Counted from the stretch's first letter, positions 45,929-56,146 are shown. The stretch is DNA of 60,224 bases from Haliea sp. (GCA_031431315.1 JANPDE010000456.1:1-60224), one strand, 5' to 3'. Translations and numbers: made by a program. Notes: a model not told the origin generated them from the sequence alone.

Positions 45929-48298
45929 ATGGCCAAAAAAGGCAAGATTGCCGACCCCCATGCCGCGCGTGAAGCGGCACGTTACGAAAACCCGATTCCC
46001 AGCCGCGAGGTTATCCTCGACCTATTGACCGCTGCCGAGAAGCCGCTAGCTCACACCGATATTGCAAGTACCCTGGGCCTGGCTGAGGCGGAGCAAATAG
46101 ACGCGCTGCAAAAACGCCTGCGGGCCATGGAGCGGGACGGCCAGTTGATGGTCAATCGCCGTGGCGCCTACGGTCTGGTAAACAAGATGAATCTGCTGCA
46201 CTGCCGGGTGCAGGGACACCGCGATGGTTACGGCTTTGCCATGCCGCTGGCGGAGGGCGGGGACATTTACCTCAGCTCGCGGCAGATGCATTTCGTGTTC
46301 GACGGTGACGAGGTGTTGGTGCAGGTGACCGGAGAAGATCGCCGGGGACGCCTTGAAGGCAAGGTGGTGGAAGTCCTGCAGCGCAAGCATAAATCTGTGG
46401 TGGGTCGTTACCAGGAGGAGAGCGGTATCGGGTTTGTTATTCCCGACAATGGCCGCCTCACCCAGCAGATACTCATTCCGCCAAGGGAAAAGGGCCTGGC
46501 GCGGTCGGGGCAGATTGTCACTGTGGAGATTACCGACTATCCCACCCGGCAGCTCGGCGCCAAGGGACGCATTGCCGAGGTGCTGGGCGATCACCTGGAC
46601 CCCGGCATGGAAATTGATGTGGCCATTCGCTCCCACGGGATTCCCTTTGAGTGGCCGGAGGATGTTCTGGCGGAATCCGCGCGCCTGGAAGCGGAGCCGC
46701 TGGACGAGGACAAGCAACACCGGATCGATTTACGCAAATTGCCGTTTGTCACCATCGACGGCGAGGATGCGCGAGATTTTGATGACGCGGTCTATTGTGA
46801 GGAGGCCAAAGGAGGAAGCTGGCGCCTGTGGGTAGCGATCGCCGATGTCTCGCACTATGTATGGCCCGGCTCGGCCCTCGATCAGGAGGCGGCGCTGCGC
46901 GGTAATTCGGTCTATTTCCCGGGGCGGGTGGTGCCCATGTTGCCGGAAGCCCTGTCCAATGGCTTGTGTTCGCTAAAGCCTGCGGTGGATCGGCTCGCGA
47001 TGGTGTGCGAGATGGAATTGAGCGCCGCAGGCGTACTGTCCAAATACCGTTTCTATGAGGCGGTCATTCACTCGCACGCGCGTCTGACCTACACCCAGGT
47101 GGGCGAAGTACTGGAGCAGGGCAGTTGCCCGCAGGTCGACAAGCGCCGGGTGGCGGATCTCAAGCGCCTGCACAGCCTCTACCACGTGTTGCGCGCGGCC
47201 AGGGACAAGCGCGGTGCGATCGATTTCGACACGGTGGAAACCCGTATCATCTTCGACGAGCACCGCAAGATTGAAGCTATCGTGCCAGTGGTGCGCAACG
47301 ACGCGCACAAGTTGATTGAAGAGTGCATGCTGTGCGCCAACGTTGCCACGGCGCGCTTTTACGAGGCCAACGAGTTGCCTATTCTCTACCGGGTGCACGA
47401 GGGCCCCGGCGAGGAAAAGCTGGAGGGGCTGCGCCAGTTTCTCGGAGAACTGGGCCTGAATCTCGGCGGCGGCGTTAAACCCACTCCCGTCGATTACCAG
47501 CAACTCCTGCTGCAGATCGGCGATCGCGAGGATGCCCATGTAATCCAGACCATGCTGCTGCGTTCATTAAGCCAGGCGGTGTACCAGCCGGAAAACAAAG
47601 GCCACTTTGGCTTGCACTTTGAAGCCTACGCCCATTTCACCTCACCCATCCGTCGCTACCCCGATCTACTGGTGCACCGGGGCATACGGCATCTCATCCG
47701 CAGTGGCAGCGGTGCGAAAGGCGTACTGCGCATTGAAGGCGCCAAATCCATCCCGGCCAAAAAAGTATTTCCCTACGACATGCAGGCCATGTTGGTAAAT
47801 GGCGAACATTGCTCCATGACCGAGCGCCGTGCGGACGATGCCACGCGCGAGGTGGATTCCTGGCTCAAGTGTGAGTACCTGCAGGAGCATGTCGGGGCGC
47901 AGTTCGATGGGGTGATCAGCGCTGTAACCAGTTTTGGTTTGTTTGTGGAACTCAAGGATCTGTACATCGAGGGATTGGTGCATATAACGGCCCTGCCCGG
48001 CGACTACTATAACTTCGACCGGAACCGTCAGCGCCTCACCGGTGAGCGTACCGGGCGCAGTTTCCAACTCGGGGGGACGGTTCGGGTGCAAGTGGCCCGG
48101 GTCGACCTTGATGATCGCAAGATCGACCTTGAACTGATCGAGGCCACGCCTGCGCCTGCAGGTAATGTTAGGGCTAAGGCAAAAAAATCCGCCGACAAAC
48201 CCGCCGATAAGGACTCCAGGAAGGGTGCCAAGAAGGATAAAAAATCCAGTTCTGCCCGTAAGCCAAAAAGTAAGACCGGCCTGCGGCGGCGCCGCTGA
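45929..48298 (+). CDS. rnr: Ribonuclease R
   Basis: FVTIDGEDARDFDDA, HFTSPIRRYPDL, S1 domain, basic tail. Confidence 0.97.
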   Translation: MAKKGKIADPHAAREAARYENPIPSREVILDLLTAAEKPLAHTDIASTLGLAEAEQIDALQKRLRAMERDGQLMVNRRGAYGLVNKMNLLHCRVQGHRDGYGFAMPLAEGGDIYLSSRQMHFVFDGDEVLVQVTGEDRRGRLEGKVVEVLQRKHKSVVGRYQEESGIGFVIPDNGRLTQQILIPPREKGLARSGQIVTVEITDYPTRQLGAKGRIAEVLGDHLDPGMEIDVAIRSHGIPFEWPEDVLAESARLEAEPLDEDKQHRIDLRKLPFVTIDGEDARDFDDAVYCEEAKGGSWRLWVAIADVSHYVWPGSALDQEAALRGNSVYFPGRVVPMLPEALSNGLCSLKPAVDRLAMVCEMELSAAGVLSKYRFYEAVIHSHARLTYTQVGEVLEQGSCPQVDKRRVADLKRLHSLYHVLRAARDKRGAIDFDTVETRIIFDEHRKIEAIVPVVRNDAHKLIEECMLCANVATARFYEANELPILYRVHEGPGEEKLEGLRQFLGELGLNLGGGVKPTPVDYQQLLLQIGDREDAHVIQTMLLRSLSQAVYQPENKGHFGLHFEAYAHFTSPIRRYPDLLVHRGIRHLIRSGSGAKGVLRIEGAKSIPAKKVFPYDMQAMLVNGEHCSMTERRADDATREVDSWLKCEYLQEHVGAQFDGVISAVTSFGLFVELKDLYIEGLVHITALPGDYYNFDRNRQRLTGERTGRSFQLGGTVRVQVARVDLDDRKIDLELIEATPAPAGNVRAKAKKSADKPADKDSRKGAKKDKKSSSARKPKSKTGLRRRR

Positions 48299-48300
48299 GC

Positions 48301-49068
48301 GTGCAGTACGTCTACGGCATTCACGCTGTGGAAAGCCTGCTGCGTCAGAATCCCAAAGCGCTGCAGCGCCTGCTGCTGCAGGCGGGGCGCGCTGACAAGC
48401 GTATTAATGCCCTGCTGGAGTTGGCCCAAAACCAGGGCGTTCCTGTGGTGCGGGAGCCGCGCGCTGGTCTGGATAAAATCGTCAGCGGGCGCCACCAGGG
48501 GGCGGTCGCCCTGTTGTTGGATGGTACTGCGCGAGGAGAGACTGGTGCCTCCAACCTGTGGCACGAGGCCGATCTGCTGCAGGCCGTGGAGGATAAAGTC
48601 GGCCCCGTGTTGATCCTGGTGCTGGACGGCGTCACGGATCCGCATAACCTGGGGGCCTGCCTGCGCAGCGCCGATGCGGCGGGCGTGGACGCGGTAGTTG
48701 TACCCAGGGACAACTCGGCGGACCTGACCGCGGTGGTGCGCAAGGTGGCCTGTGGTGCGGCGGAAGTGGTGCCCTTCGTCAGGGTCACTAATATCACGCG
48801 CACGCTGCAGGCCCTGCAGGCGCTCGGTGTGTGGCTCTACGGCACCGATGACGAGGCAGAAAAATCCATATATGACAGTGACTTAACAGCTTCGCTTGCA
48901 CTGGTAATGGGCGCCGAGGGCAAGGGCATGCGGCGCTTGACGCGCGAGCAGTGCGATTATCTCGTCCGCCTGCCCATGGCCGGCTCGGTAAGCAGTCTCA
49001 ACGTCTCGGTGGCAACGGGCATCGTCCTGTTCGAGGCAGTGCGACAGCGCGTCACGATGGGCAAATAA
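48301..49068 (+). CDS. rlmB: 23S rRNA G2251 2'-O-methyltransferase
   Basis: YGIHAV, LDGVTDPHNLGACLRSA, GAEGKGMR, SLNVSVA; follows rnr. Confidence 0.95.
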   Translation: MQYVYGIHAVESLLRQNPKALQRLLLQAGRADKRINALLELAQNQGVPVVREPRAGLDKIVSGRHQGAVALLLDGTARGETGASNLWHEADLLQAVEDKVGPVLILVLDGVTDPHNLGACLRSADAAGVDAVVVPRDNSADLTAVVRKVACGAAEVVPFVRVTNITRTLQALQALGVWLYGTDDEAEKSIYDSDLTASLALVMGAEGKGMRRLTREQCDYLVRLPMAGSVSSLNVSVATGIVLFEAVRQRVTMGK

Positions 49069-49142
49069 TCTCCTTGTCACCCTTTACCAAACTGGGTAAA
49101 CTTCGCTCCCTCAAAATTTGCCCGGCTATTTCACGGCCGATT

Positions 49143-49185
49143 CTCCTTGCTACACCATTCGTGGGTAGCATTAACCCGTAAGGAG
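49143..49185 (+). promoter_or_regulatory. S6:S18 ribosomal protein leader (rpsF autoregulatory RNA)
   Basis: CTCCTT pairs with the SD AAGGAG, inner GCTAC/GTAGC stem, CCCG in the internal loop, directly before rpsF. Confidence 0.75.
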
Positions 49186-49193
49186 CTTACAGT

Positions 49194-49637
49194 ATGCGAC
49201 ATTACGAAATCGTATTCATGGTCCATCCGGACCAGTCTGAACAAGTGCCCGGTATGATCGAGCGCTATACCTCAGCAATCCAGAAAGACGGCGGTCAGGT
49301 GCATCGCCTTGAAGATTGGGGGCGCCGCCAATTGGCCTATCCGATCAACAAAATCCATAAGGCACATTATGTGTTGATGAACGTGGAGGCATCCAATGAT
49401 GCCATGGAAGAACTGACGACCACTTTCCGTTATAACGACGCCGTCATCCGCAACCTGGTGATTCGCCGCGATGAGCCTGTCACTGAAGAATCTTTCATCA
49501 TGAAGGCGGAGAAAGAGAATCGCGAGCGCAAGAGCCGTTACGAGGAACGTCAGGCGGCCGACGCGGCCAAAGCTGAAGTGGTCGGCAGCGGTGACGCTGA
49601 CGACGATGTGGCCGACGACGAGGCGGACGACGTATAA
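49194..49637 (+). CDS. rpsF: 30S ribosomal protein S6
   Basis: [35 protein letters not shown]. Confidence 0.98.
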   Translation: MRHYEIVFMVHPDQSEQVPGMIERYTSAIQKDGGQVHRLEDWGRRQLAYPINKIHKAHYVLMNVEASNDAMEELTTTFRYNDAVIRNLVIRRDEPVTEESFIMKAEKENRERKSRYEERQAADAAKAEVVGSGDADDDVADDEADDV

Positions 49638-49684
49638 GTTTTCCCTGTCACGTAACGAATATCGAGGTTTAGAGGAGTATCACC

Positions 49685-49912
49685 ATGGCACGTTTTTTCC
49701 GTCGCCGTAAGTTTTGTCGCTTTACAGCCGAAGGCACCAAGGAAATCGATTACAAGGATCTGGAAACGCTGAAGGCATATGTGTCCGAGACCGGCAAGAT
49801 TGTACCCAGCCGTATTACCGGCACCAAGGCCAAGTATCAGCGTCAGTTAGGCACCGCTATCAAGCGCGCGCGTTTCCTGTCCCTGCTGCCGTACACGGAT
49901 TCGCACCTGTAA
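49685..49912 (+). CDS. rpsR: 30S ribosomal protein S18
   Basis: [29 protein letters not shown]. Confidence 0.98.
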   Translation: MARFFRRRKFCRFTAEGTKEIDYKDLETLKAYVSETGKIVPSRITGTKAKYQRQLGTAIKRARFLSLLPYTDSHL

Positions 49913-49945
49913 CAAACCCTTGATCCGCGCATCGGCCAGTCGAGG

Positions 49946-50863
49946 TTGTTCTTGAAGGGCTTGGCAGAATTTGTCATGCGCGGACGCTTGCAGGCGCTGC
50001 TGGTGATAGTGGCTGGCGCTGGCAGTCTGTTATTTTGCTGGATCAGCGCTGCTGCACTGGCGCTGGTTACCCTGCGCAAAGGCGCGGGATCGGGTGCCTG
50101 GTTGTTTATGTGGGCAGTGTTACCGGCGGGCACGCTGCTGTACGCCTTTGGGGACAGCGGGCCGTTGGCGTTGCTGGTCGGCACCATGGTGCTGGCACTG
50201 GTGTTGCGCAGCACGGTAAACCTGCCGCTGGCAGTGCTGGCAGGGGTTGGCGTAGGTGCGGCGACCGGATTGGCCATGATGGCCTTCTCCGGTGAATACC
50301 TGGACCAGTTGGTGGCTTATTTCGGTGAGTTCCTGGCTGGTCTGGAACAACAGTGGTCCAAGGGTGGGCAGGCGGTGGAGATGCCCAGGCCTGTAGCGTC
50401 GCAGATAGCCGGGATGCTCGGCGCGGGAACCGCCATGATGTCGGTGCTGTGCCTGCTGCTGGCACGCTACTGGCAGGCCGCCCTGTATAACCCGGGCGGT
50501 TTTGGTGCAGAGTTCAAGGCACTGTACTACCCTGCGACGGTGAGTTCGGTGTTGGTGGTAGCGGCCCTGGCGCTGGCTAGCCTGGGCGTGCAGTACCGCA
50601 CATGGGCAATGATTTGCCTGATTCCGTTAACCTTCGCGGGCCTGGCGTTAGTCCACACGCACATTGAGTTACGTGGGCGGGGCAGGGGCTGGTTGACGGG
50701 GTTTTACATCGCCTGGTTGATCTTTGACCCCGTAAAACTGATGGTCGTGTTTTTCGCTATCGCCGACAGCTGGTTGAATTTTCGCCAGCGCTGGTCCAAG
50801 GGATTGGGACCACAAGTGAGTAAACGCGAAGAGCACAACGATAGAGACGATAAAGACATTTGA
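49946..50863 (+). CDS. DUF2232/YybS-like membrane protein
   Basis: Polytopic; ARYWQAALYNPGGF; position between rpsR and rplI; start approximate. Confidence 0.75.
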   Translation: MFLKGLAEFVMRGRLQALLVIVAGAGSLLFCWISAAALALVTLRKGAGSGAWLFMWAVLPAGTLLYAFGDSGPLALLVGTMVLALVLRSTVNLPLAVLAGVGVGAATGLAMMAFSGEYLDQLVAYFGEFLAGLEQQWSKGGQAVEMPRPVASQIAGMLGAGTAMMSVLCLLLARYWQAALYNPGGFGAEFKALYYPATVSSVLVVAALALASLGVQYRTWAMICLIPLTFAGLALVHTHIELRGRGRGWLTGFYIAWLIFDPVKLMVVFFAIADSWLNFRQRWSKGLGPQVSKREEHNDRDDKDI

Positions 50864-50901
50864 AGTAGTGGGAGATTGCTCCCCGAAGAGAGGAACGTAA
50901 A

Positions 50902-51351
50902 ATGGAAGTCATATTGCTGGAGAACGTCAGCAACCTGGGCAAGCTCGGTCAGACCGTGCAGGTGAAAGCCGGTTTCGGCCGCAACTATCTGATTCCACAG
51001 GGCAAGGCGGTACGCGCCACTACGGCCAATACCGCCGCATTCGAAGCGCGTCGCGCGGAGCTGGAAGCTGCGGCAGCAGGCCAACTGACGGTCGCCCAGC
51101 AGCGTGCCGATGCGCTCAACGCATTGGGCCAGATCTCCATCAGGGCCAACGCGGGTGAGGAAGGCAAGCTATTCGGCTCTGTCGGCACCAGGGATATTGC
51201 GGAGGCTATTCAGGCACAGGGTTGCGAGGTGGACAAGTCTGAAGTTCGACTGCCCAGTGGACCGCTGCGGGAACTGGGCGAATATGAAATCGCTGTCCAG
51301 GTCCACGGAGACGTTACCGCGCTGGTCGCCATCGCGGTAATCCAGGAGTAA
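50902..51351 (+). CDS. rplI: 50S ribosomal protein L9
   Basis: MEVILLE...[23 protein letters not shown]. Confidence 0.98.
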   Translation: MEVILLENVSNLGKLGQTVQVKAGFGRNYLIPQGKAVRATTANTAAFEARRAELEAAAAGQLTVAQQRADALNALGQISIRANAGEEGKLFGSVGTRDIAEAIQAQGCEVDKSEVRLPSGPLRELGEYEIAVQVHGDVTALVAIAVIQE

Positions 51352-51393
51352 ACCTCCGCTATTTGTTCTCTGCGGGGAACAATTCCCACCCGG

Positions 51394-51425
51394 CACTGCA
51401 CCGGCCATTCCTGACCGGTGCAGTG
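51394..51425 (+). terminator. Strong hairpin after rplI, probable terminator
   Basis: CACTGCACCGG-N10-CCGGTGCAGTG 11-bp inverted repeat followed by TGTTATT. Confidence 0.55.
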
Positions 51426-51535
51426 TGTTATTCGCAGGGTGCAGCGACGCCGCCGGTGGTTAGCGGGTGCGTTTTCACTTTTGCTGATTGCTCATTTCCG
51501 CTAGTCTGTGTACCCCCTTAAAAATAATTCCTGTT

Positions 51536-52948
51536 ATGGCCGACCCGGAGTACCCCAGCAACGTATCTGAATTCCGCCACCCGGGCGAACCCGAGCTTGC
51601 GCGGATCAAAATGCAGCCACACTCCATTGAAGCGGAGCAATCGGTGTTGGGCGGCCTGTTATTGTCAGCTGACAGCTGGGATGCGGCCGCCGAATTCGTG
51701 GGCGCCAGTGATTTTTATCGCCCGAGCCATCGCCTCATCTTTCGCCAGATCTTGCAACTTGCCGAGGCATCGGAGCCGGTCGATGTCATTACCGTAGCGG
51801 ACAAACTCCAGGCCAGAGGTGAACTGGACGCGGCGGGGGGGCTGCCCTATCTGGCAGAGCTGGCCCAGAACACACCCAGCGCCTCCAATATCCGGGCCTA
51901 TGCCCAGGTGGTGCGTGAACGCGCCAGTTTGCGCAAGTTGATCGAGGCGGCACAGGAGATCGCCGAGAGCGGATTTAATCCTGAGGGACGCAAGTCGGCA
52001 GAACTGATTGACCAGGCAGAACGCCGGATCATGCAAATCGCCGAGGAGGGGACCCGGGCCGGTGGGCCGCAGGACATCAATCCACTACTGAAATCGGCGC
52101 TGGGGCGCATTGACGAACTGTTCCATTCCGGTGGTGAAATCACCGGCCTCAGTACCGGATTTATCGAATTGGATCGCATGACGTCGGGATTGCAGGATTC
52201 CGACCTCGTCATCGTTGCGGGACGGCCCTCTATGGGCAAGACCAGCTTCGCCATGAATCTGGTGGAGCACGCGGTATTGACGCAGAAAAAACCCATTCTG
52301 GTCTTCAGTATGGAAATGCCGGCCGATTCCCTGATTATCCGCATGCTGTCTTCTGTCGGCCGCATCGACCAGACGCGCCTGCGCAATGGCAAACTGGAGC
52401 AGGAGGACTGGTCCAAGTTGACTGTTGCAGTGAACAAGCTCAAGGATGTGCCCCTGTTTATTGATGATACGCCCGCGCTCACGCCGACCGAGGTGCGCAG
52501 CCGCGCCCGCCGGGTGGCGCGCGAGAATGGCGGGTTGGGCATGATCATGGTGGACTACCTGCAACTGATGCAGGTAGCGGGCTCGTCAGAAGGCCGTACG
52601 GCGGAAATCTCCGAAATATCACGCAGTCTCAAGGCCATTGCCAAGGAATTCAAGGTGCCGATGGTGGCATTGTCCCAGCTGAACCGCGCACTGGAACAGC
52701 GCCCCAACAAGCGCCCGGTGAACTCGGACCTGCGGGAGTCGGGCGCGATTGAGCAGGATGCCGATCTCATCATGTTCATCTATCGCGATGAGGTCTACCA
52801 CGAGGAGTCGGAAGAGAAGGGCATCGCGGAAATCATTATCGGCAAGCAGCGCAACGGCCCCATCGGTATCTGTCGCCTGGCATTCATGGGCCAGTACACG
52901 CGGTTTGAAAATCTCGCGCGCGGTTCCCGCGATGACTACAAACCTTAG
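51536..52948 (+). CDS. dnaB: Replicative DNA helicase
   Basis: PHSIEAEQSVLG, GRPSMGKT, FSMEM, DYLQLM, LSQLNR, DLRESGAIEQDAD; no intein. Confidence 0.97.
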   Translation: MADPEYPSNVSEFRHPGEPELARIKMQPHSIEAEQSVLGGLLLSADSWDAAAEFVGASDFYRPSHRLIFRQILQLAEASEPVDVITVADKLQARGELDAAGGLPYLAELAQNTPSASNIRAYAQVVRERASLRKLIEAAQEIAESGFNPEGRKSAELIDQAERRIMQIAEEGTRAGGPQDINPLLKSALGRIDELFHSGGEITGLSTGFIELDRMTSGLQDSDLVIVAGRPSMGKTSFAMNLVEHAVLTQKKPILVFSMEMPADSLIIRMLSSVGRIDQTRLRNGKLEQEDWSKLTVAVNKLKDVPLFIDDTPALTPTEVRSRARRVARENGGLGMIMVDYLQLMQVAGSSEGRTAEISEISRSLKAIAKEFKVPMVALSQLNRALEQRPNKRPVNSDLRESGAIEQDADLIMFIYRDEVYHEESEEKGIAEIIIGKQRNGPIGICRLAFMGQYTRFENLARGSRDDYKP

Positions 52949-53017
52949 AGATCTCCCAGACTGTGCTCTGTCCAGAGGCCAGACACCACGGTCGGTTTGC
53001 TCGCGTAGCGCGATCTG

Positions 53018-53569
53018 ATGGCCACAGGGCCAGCCATGGAATCTCTGAAACTGAACATTGTCGATCCAATGCAGCTGTTCAATTCCATGGACCCTGCACC
53101 GTTTCATGAGCGTGATCTCGATGCCCAGGTGGTCGATTATATTGTCGATTGGGCGCAGGAGGTCGCATCCAATGCGCCGCTGGGACTGGTGGTGACCGTG
53201 CAGCATGAATTGGCGCCTGCATACAGTGCCGGTTTGATCCGCGACGCCGTGCATATGAGTTTCCAACGGCGTGCGCTGGCAAAACGGCGTGCACTGAAAA
53301 GACTCCTCAGGGAAGGCCGTATCAGTATGGTCATCGGGATTGCCTTCCTGGCACTGGCGATTTTCGTCAGCGATTATCTCGGTGGACTGATCGCCAATAA
53401 AAACTACGCCTGGCTACTGCAGGAGAGCGTGGTGATTGGCGGCTGGGTCGCGCTGTGGCATCCCTTGAATATATTTTTGTACGACTGGTGGCCTATCCGG
53501 GCAGAGAAACGCTTGTTTGAACGACTGGGCGAGATGCAGGTGCAGGTGGTCAGTACCGATAAAGACTAA
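53018..53569 (+). CDS. Conserved hypothetical membrane protein (2 TM)
   Basis: QLFNSMDPAPF...GWVALWHP...YDWWP; two hydrophobic segments. Confidence 0.6.
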   Translation: MATGPAMESLKLNIVDPMQLFNSMDPAPFHERDLDAQVVDYIVDWAQEVASNAPLGLVVTVQHELAPAYSAGLIRDAVHMSFQRRALAKRRALKRLLREGRISMVIGIAFLALAIFVSDYLGGLIANKNYAWLLQESVVIGGWVALWHPLNIFLYDWWPIRAEKRLFERLGEMQVQVVSTDKD

Positions 53570-54237
53570 AGCCCTGTTTGCTCCCGCAGCTGGTGCAAGT
53601 GGGCCAGTTGCTCCTCGCGAGAAAGCGGCTCAGCACGCTTTCGTTCCAGGGCCGCGGGCTCCGGCACTGCGAGCGATTCACCGCGCAGTACCTGCGCGCA
53701 ATACCGGTCGTAGTGCGCCTTGAATACCGGCCAGCTCGTGCGCTCAGTGTTGTTGGCGAGGAAATACCAGTCACTGTCGCGACCGGCCAGGTAAACAGCC
53801 GGGTGACTCCAGCGCTGGGCGGATTTGGGCGAGGGCGCGCGACAGGCTTCCACGTACGCGTCATGGGCCGGTGGCAAGCCCAGATCAGCCAGGCCCTGCT
53901 GGCAGCATTCCAGCATTCTGTTCAGTGTGGGCAGATACTCACTGTGTTCGATGGCGTGCCTGGCGCCCTTGAGAATATGTTCCACCGGATAATCTGCGAG
54001 TGACTCCAGCCACAGTTTCTTGATTTGGTGCAGCTGCTGTGCATCGGGGAAAGCGGCGTAATACTGGTTGTGGTAGTTCAGGCGGAACAGGGCGAAGATC
54101 TGGTTGAGCGCTTCAATGTGCGCCTCAGTTGCCGGCCTGCGAGTGGTCTCACTCGGCCCAGGAGGTGTCGGTGAGGTCTTGCTGGAGGCTGCGATCCCTT
54201 GTGCGACCCGTTGTACTAGTTCCCGGCTGTCCGGCAT
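53566..54237 (-). CDS. Lambda replication protein P-like (helicase-loader-like) protein
   Basis: INQ/LNQIFA...KKLW...YLPTL...C...LGLPPAHDAYVEAC...WSHPAVYLA pattern of the P family; ATG 54237. Confidence 0.7.
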   Translation of the reverse strand: MPDSRELVQRVAQGIAASSKTSPTPPGPSETTRRPATEAHIEALNQIFALFRLNYHNQYYAAFPDAQQLHQIKKLWLESLADYPVEHILKGARHAIEHSEYLPTLNRMLECCQQGLADLGLPPAHDAYVEACRAPSPKSAQRWSHPAVYLAGRDSDWYFLANNTERTSWPVFKAHYDRYCAQVLRGESLAVPEPAALERKRAEPLSREEQLAHLHQLREQTGL

Positions 54238-54358
54238 GGCTGTGTCCCGTGTGTTCAATCTGGTGACGTCTGGCCCAGTGGCGCTTCACATGCTGTATAA
54301 ATTTGCTGTTCCAGGAGGTATGCGCCTGGTTGCTGTCCTTCCAGTATACGATGAACTG
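54149..54358 (-). pseudogene. C-terminal remnant of a DnaT-like / lambda-O-like protein
   Basis: Open frame QFIVYWKDSNQAHTSWNSKFIQHVKRHW...RSLQQDLTDTSWAE* with no start, preceded by TGA; overlaps the P-like gene start. Confidence 0.7.
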
Positions 54359-54394
54359 TCAGAATAGGGGTATCGGCGCGACCGGACAGCAGGG

Positions 54395-54511
54395 GATATC
54401 TACCGCCCTACCGACAAATCCTCCACTGAAACCGTTCAGGTCAAGATGAAAGAGGACAACACACAGCACTGCAATTGCACGGAGGCCATCGATATCGGCG
54501 CTGTATTTCAA
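54395..54511 (-). pseudogene. 5' fragment of an acyltransferase-3 (oafA-like) gene
   Basis: TTG start after GGGAG; LKYSADIDGLRAIAVLCVVLFHLDLNGFSGGFVG..VDI matches the N-terminus of the 38096-40153 product. Confidence 0.85.
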
Positions 54512-54564
54512 TAGACCAATGACTCCCAACAATGATGCTGGAGTCAGCGCCAGGATCAGCTGCC

Positions 54565-54612
54565 TGCACCAATGCATGTCATCGAGCAGTGCGTATGTAC
54601 GAATACAGTGCA
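54565..54612. promoter_or_regulatory. Tandem NtrC-like binding sites
   Basis: TGCAC-N7-TGTCA (54565-54581) and TGTAC-N7-GTGCA (54596-54612), centres 31 bp apart. Confidence 0.6.
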
Positions 54613-54683
54613 TAGCAAATAAATGCCCCCGAGAATTCGTGAAGAAAAACACATAACGCATTGATATTAATACTATATCCAAA

Positions 54684-54700
54684 TTGGCATGGCGATTGCT
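54684..54700 (+). promoter_or_regulatory. Sigma54 (-24/-12) promoter
   Basis: TTGGCATGGCGATTGCT has GG-N10-GC with TGGCA and TTGC consensus, upstream of the NrtA-like gene. Confidence 0.8.
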
Positions 54701-54701
54701 T

Positions 54702-54727
54702 GTGTCTGAGCATAGTGTCTGAGCATA
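54702..54727 (+). repeat. Perfect 13-bp tandem repeat GTGTCTGAGCATA x2
   Basis: Read directly; spans the expected transcription start. Confidence 0.9.
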
Positions 54728-54766
54728 TTGGTTGTTTTCATGGTGACGGTAAGCACGAGGTTCAAC

Positions 54767-56146
54767 ATGTCAGCGGTATTCAGCAAGAGACAGTCTTCCC
54801 CAACACTCGCTATCCTTGCAGCAGCACTGTGTGTATGCGCACTGCTGGTGAGCATACAGGCCACCGCTAGTGATATGCCGGAAAAATGGGAGCTGAAGTT
54901 CGGCTTTATAAAACTCACCGACATGGTGCCGTTGGCAGTAGCGTATGAGAAAGGCTTTTTTGAAGATGAAGATCTGACCGTAACGCTGGAGGCGCAGGCC
55001 AACTGGAAGGTGCTATTTGATCGTGTTTCCTCCGGAGAGTTGGATGGCGCGCACATGTTGGCTCCGATGCCCTTGGGCACTGCAACCGGTGCGCTAGGAA
55101 GCACCCCGATCATAACGCCGTTCACTATGTCGTATAACGGCGCGGCGATTACCGTATCAAACGAGGTGTGGGCTCAAATGCGACCCGGCGTCGCGCTGGA
55201 TGGGGATAAGCCAAAACACCCTGTCAGTGCGGCTACCTTAAAGCCTGTACTGGAGAGCTACGCCAAGAGCGGCAAGAACCTCAATCTCGGTATGACGTTC
55301 CCCGTTGGCACACACAATTATATGTTGCGTTACTGGTTAGCTGCAGGTGGCATCAATCCAGGTTTGTATGCTCCTGAAAAAGGAGACAGCAGCGGCACCG
55401 TGGGTGCGCAGGCCTTCTTATCTGTCGTGCCGCCACCGCAAATGGTGCCGACCATGGAGGCGGGTACTACCGCAGGCTATTGCGTGGGTGAACCCTGGAA
55501 TCAACAGGCGGTTGCCAAAGGCCTTGGTGTGCCGGTGATTACCAGCGAACAAATATGGGCCGGTGGCTCCGATAAAGTCTTCGGTATCCGCGAAGATTTC
55601 TATACCAAGTATCCCAATACAACCATCCGCACCGTCAAAGCCCTGATCAGAGCCTCGCAATGGCTGGATGCTAACAACAATGGCAATAGGCCTGAGGCGG
55701 TCAAAATGATTTCGCGGCCGATCTATGTGGGTGCGGACGAAAAGGTCATTGCCAACAGCATGACCGGTACCTTTGAGTTCGAAAAAGGCGACAGGCGGGC
55801 TATTCCTGAATTCAACACATTTTTCAAAGAGGTCTATGGCATTCCCTACTATTCCGATGCCATTTGGTGGATGACACAAATGCGTCGCTGGGGACACATC
55901 GCCGCACCGCAATCCGATAATTGGTATATGGGCATGGCGAAGAAGGCGTATCGCCCCGACGTCTATCTGCTAGCAGCAAAAGAACTGATTGCAGAAGGAA
56001 CCATGCAAGCGAGTGATTTCCCCGATCTTGCCCAGGAAGATTTTGTACAAGCACCACAAGCAAGTCGGCTGGACGGCGCGGTATTTGATGCGCTCAAACC
56101 AAACCAGTTTATTGATGGCTTTGCCATTGGTCTGAAGGGCGAGTAA
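54767..56146 (+). CDS. CmpA/NrtA-family nitrate/nitrite/cyanate ABC substrate-binding protein
   Basis: Signal peptide, GFIKLTD, LDGAHML, GYCVGEPWN; ATG 54767 after GAGG. Confidence 0.9.
   Translation: MSAVFSKRQSSPTLAILAAALCVCALLVSIQATASDMPEKWELKFGFIKLTDMVPLAVAYEKGFFEDEDLTVTLEAQANWKVLFDRVSSGELDGAHMLAPMPLGTATGALGSTPIITPFTMSYNGAAITVSNEVWAQMRPGVALDGDKPKHPVSAATLKPVLESYAKSGKNLNLGMTFPVGTHNYMLRYWLAAGGINPGLYAPEKGDSSGTVGAQAFLSVVPPPQMVPTMEAGTTAGYCVGEPWNQQAVAKGLGVPVITSEQIWAGGSDKVFGIREDFYTKYPNTTIRTVKALIRASQWLDANNNGNRPEAVKMISRPIYVGADEKVIANSMTGTFEFEKGDRRAIPEFNTFFKEVYGIPYYSDAIWWMTQMRRWGHIAAPQSDNWYMGMAKKAYRPDVYLLAAKELIAEGTMQASDFPDLAQEDFVQAPQASRLDGAVFDALKPNQFIDGFAIGLKGE

Noticed and set aside
49638-49684. Absence of priB between rpsF and rpsR
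   Set aside because: Normal for Pseudomonadales/Cellvibrionales-type gene order
53566-54358. Prophage
   Set aside because: No integrase, structural or lysis genes nearby; better read as domesticated replication genes
54400-54407. Second GGCGGTAG (ops-like) on the minus strand
   Set aside because: Lacks the downstream TG and lies in a pseudogene junction; an 8-mer is expected by chance
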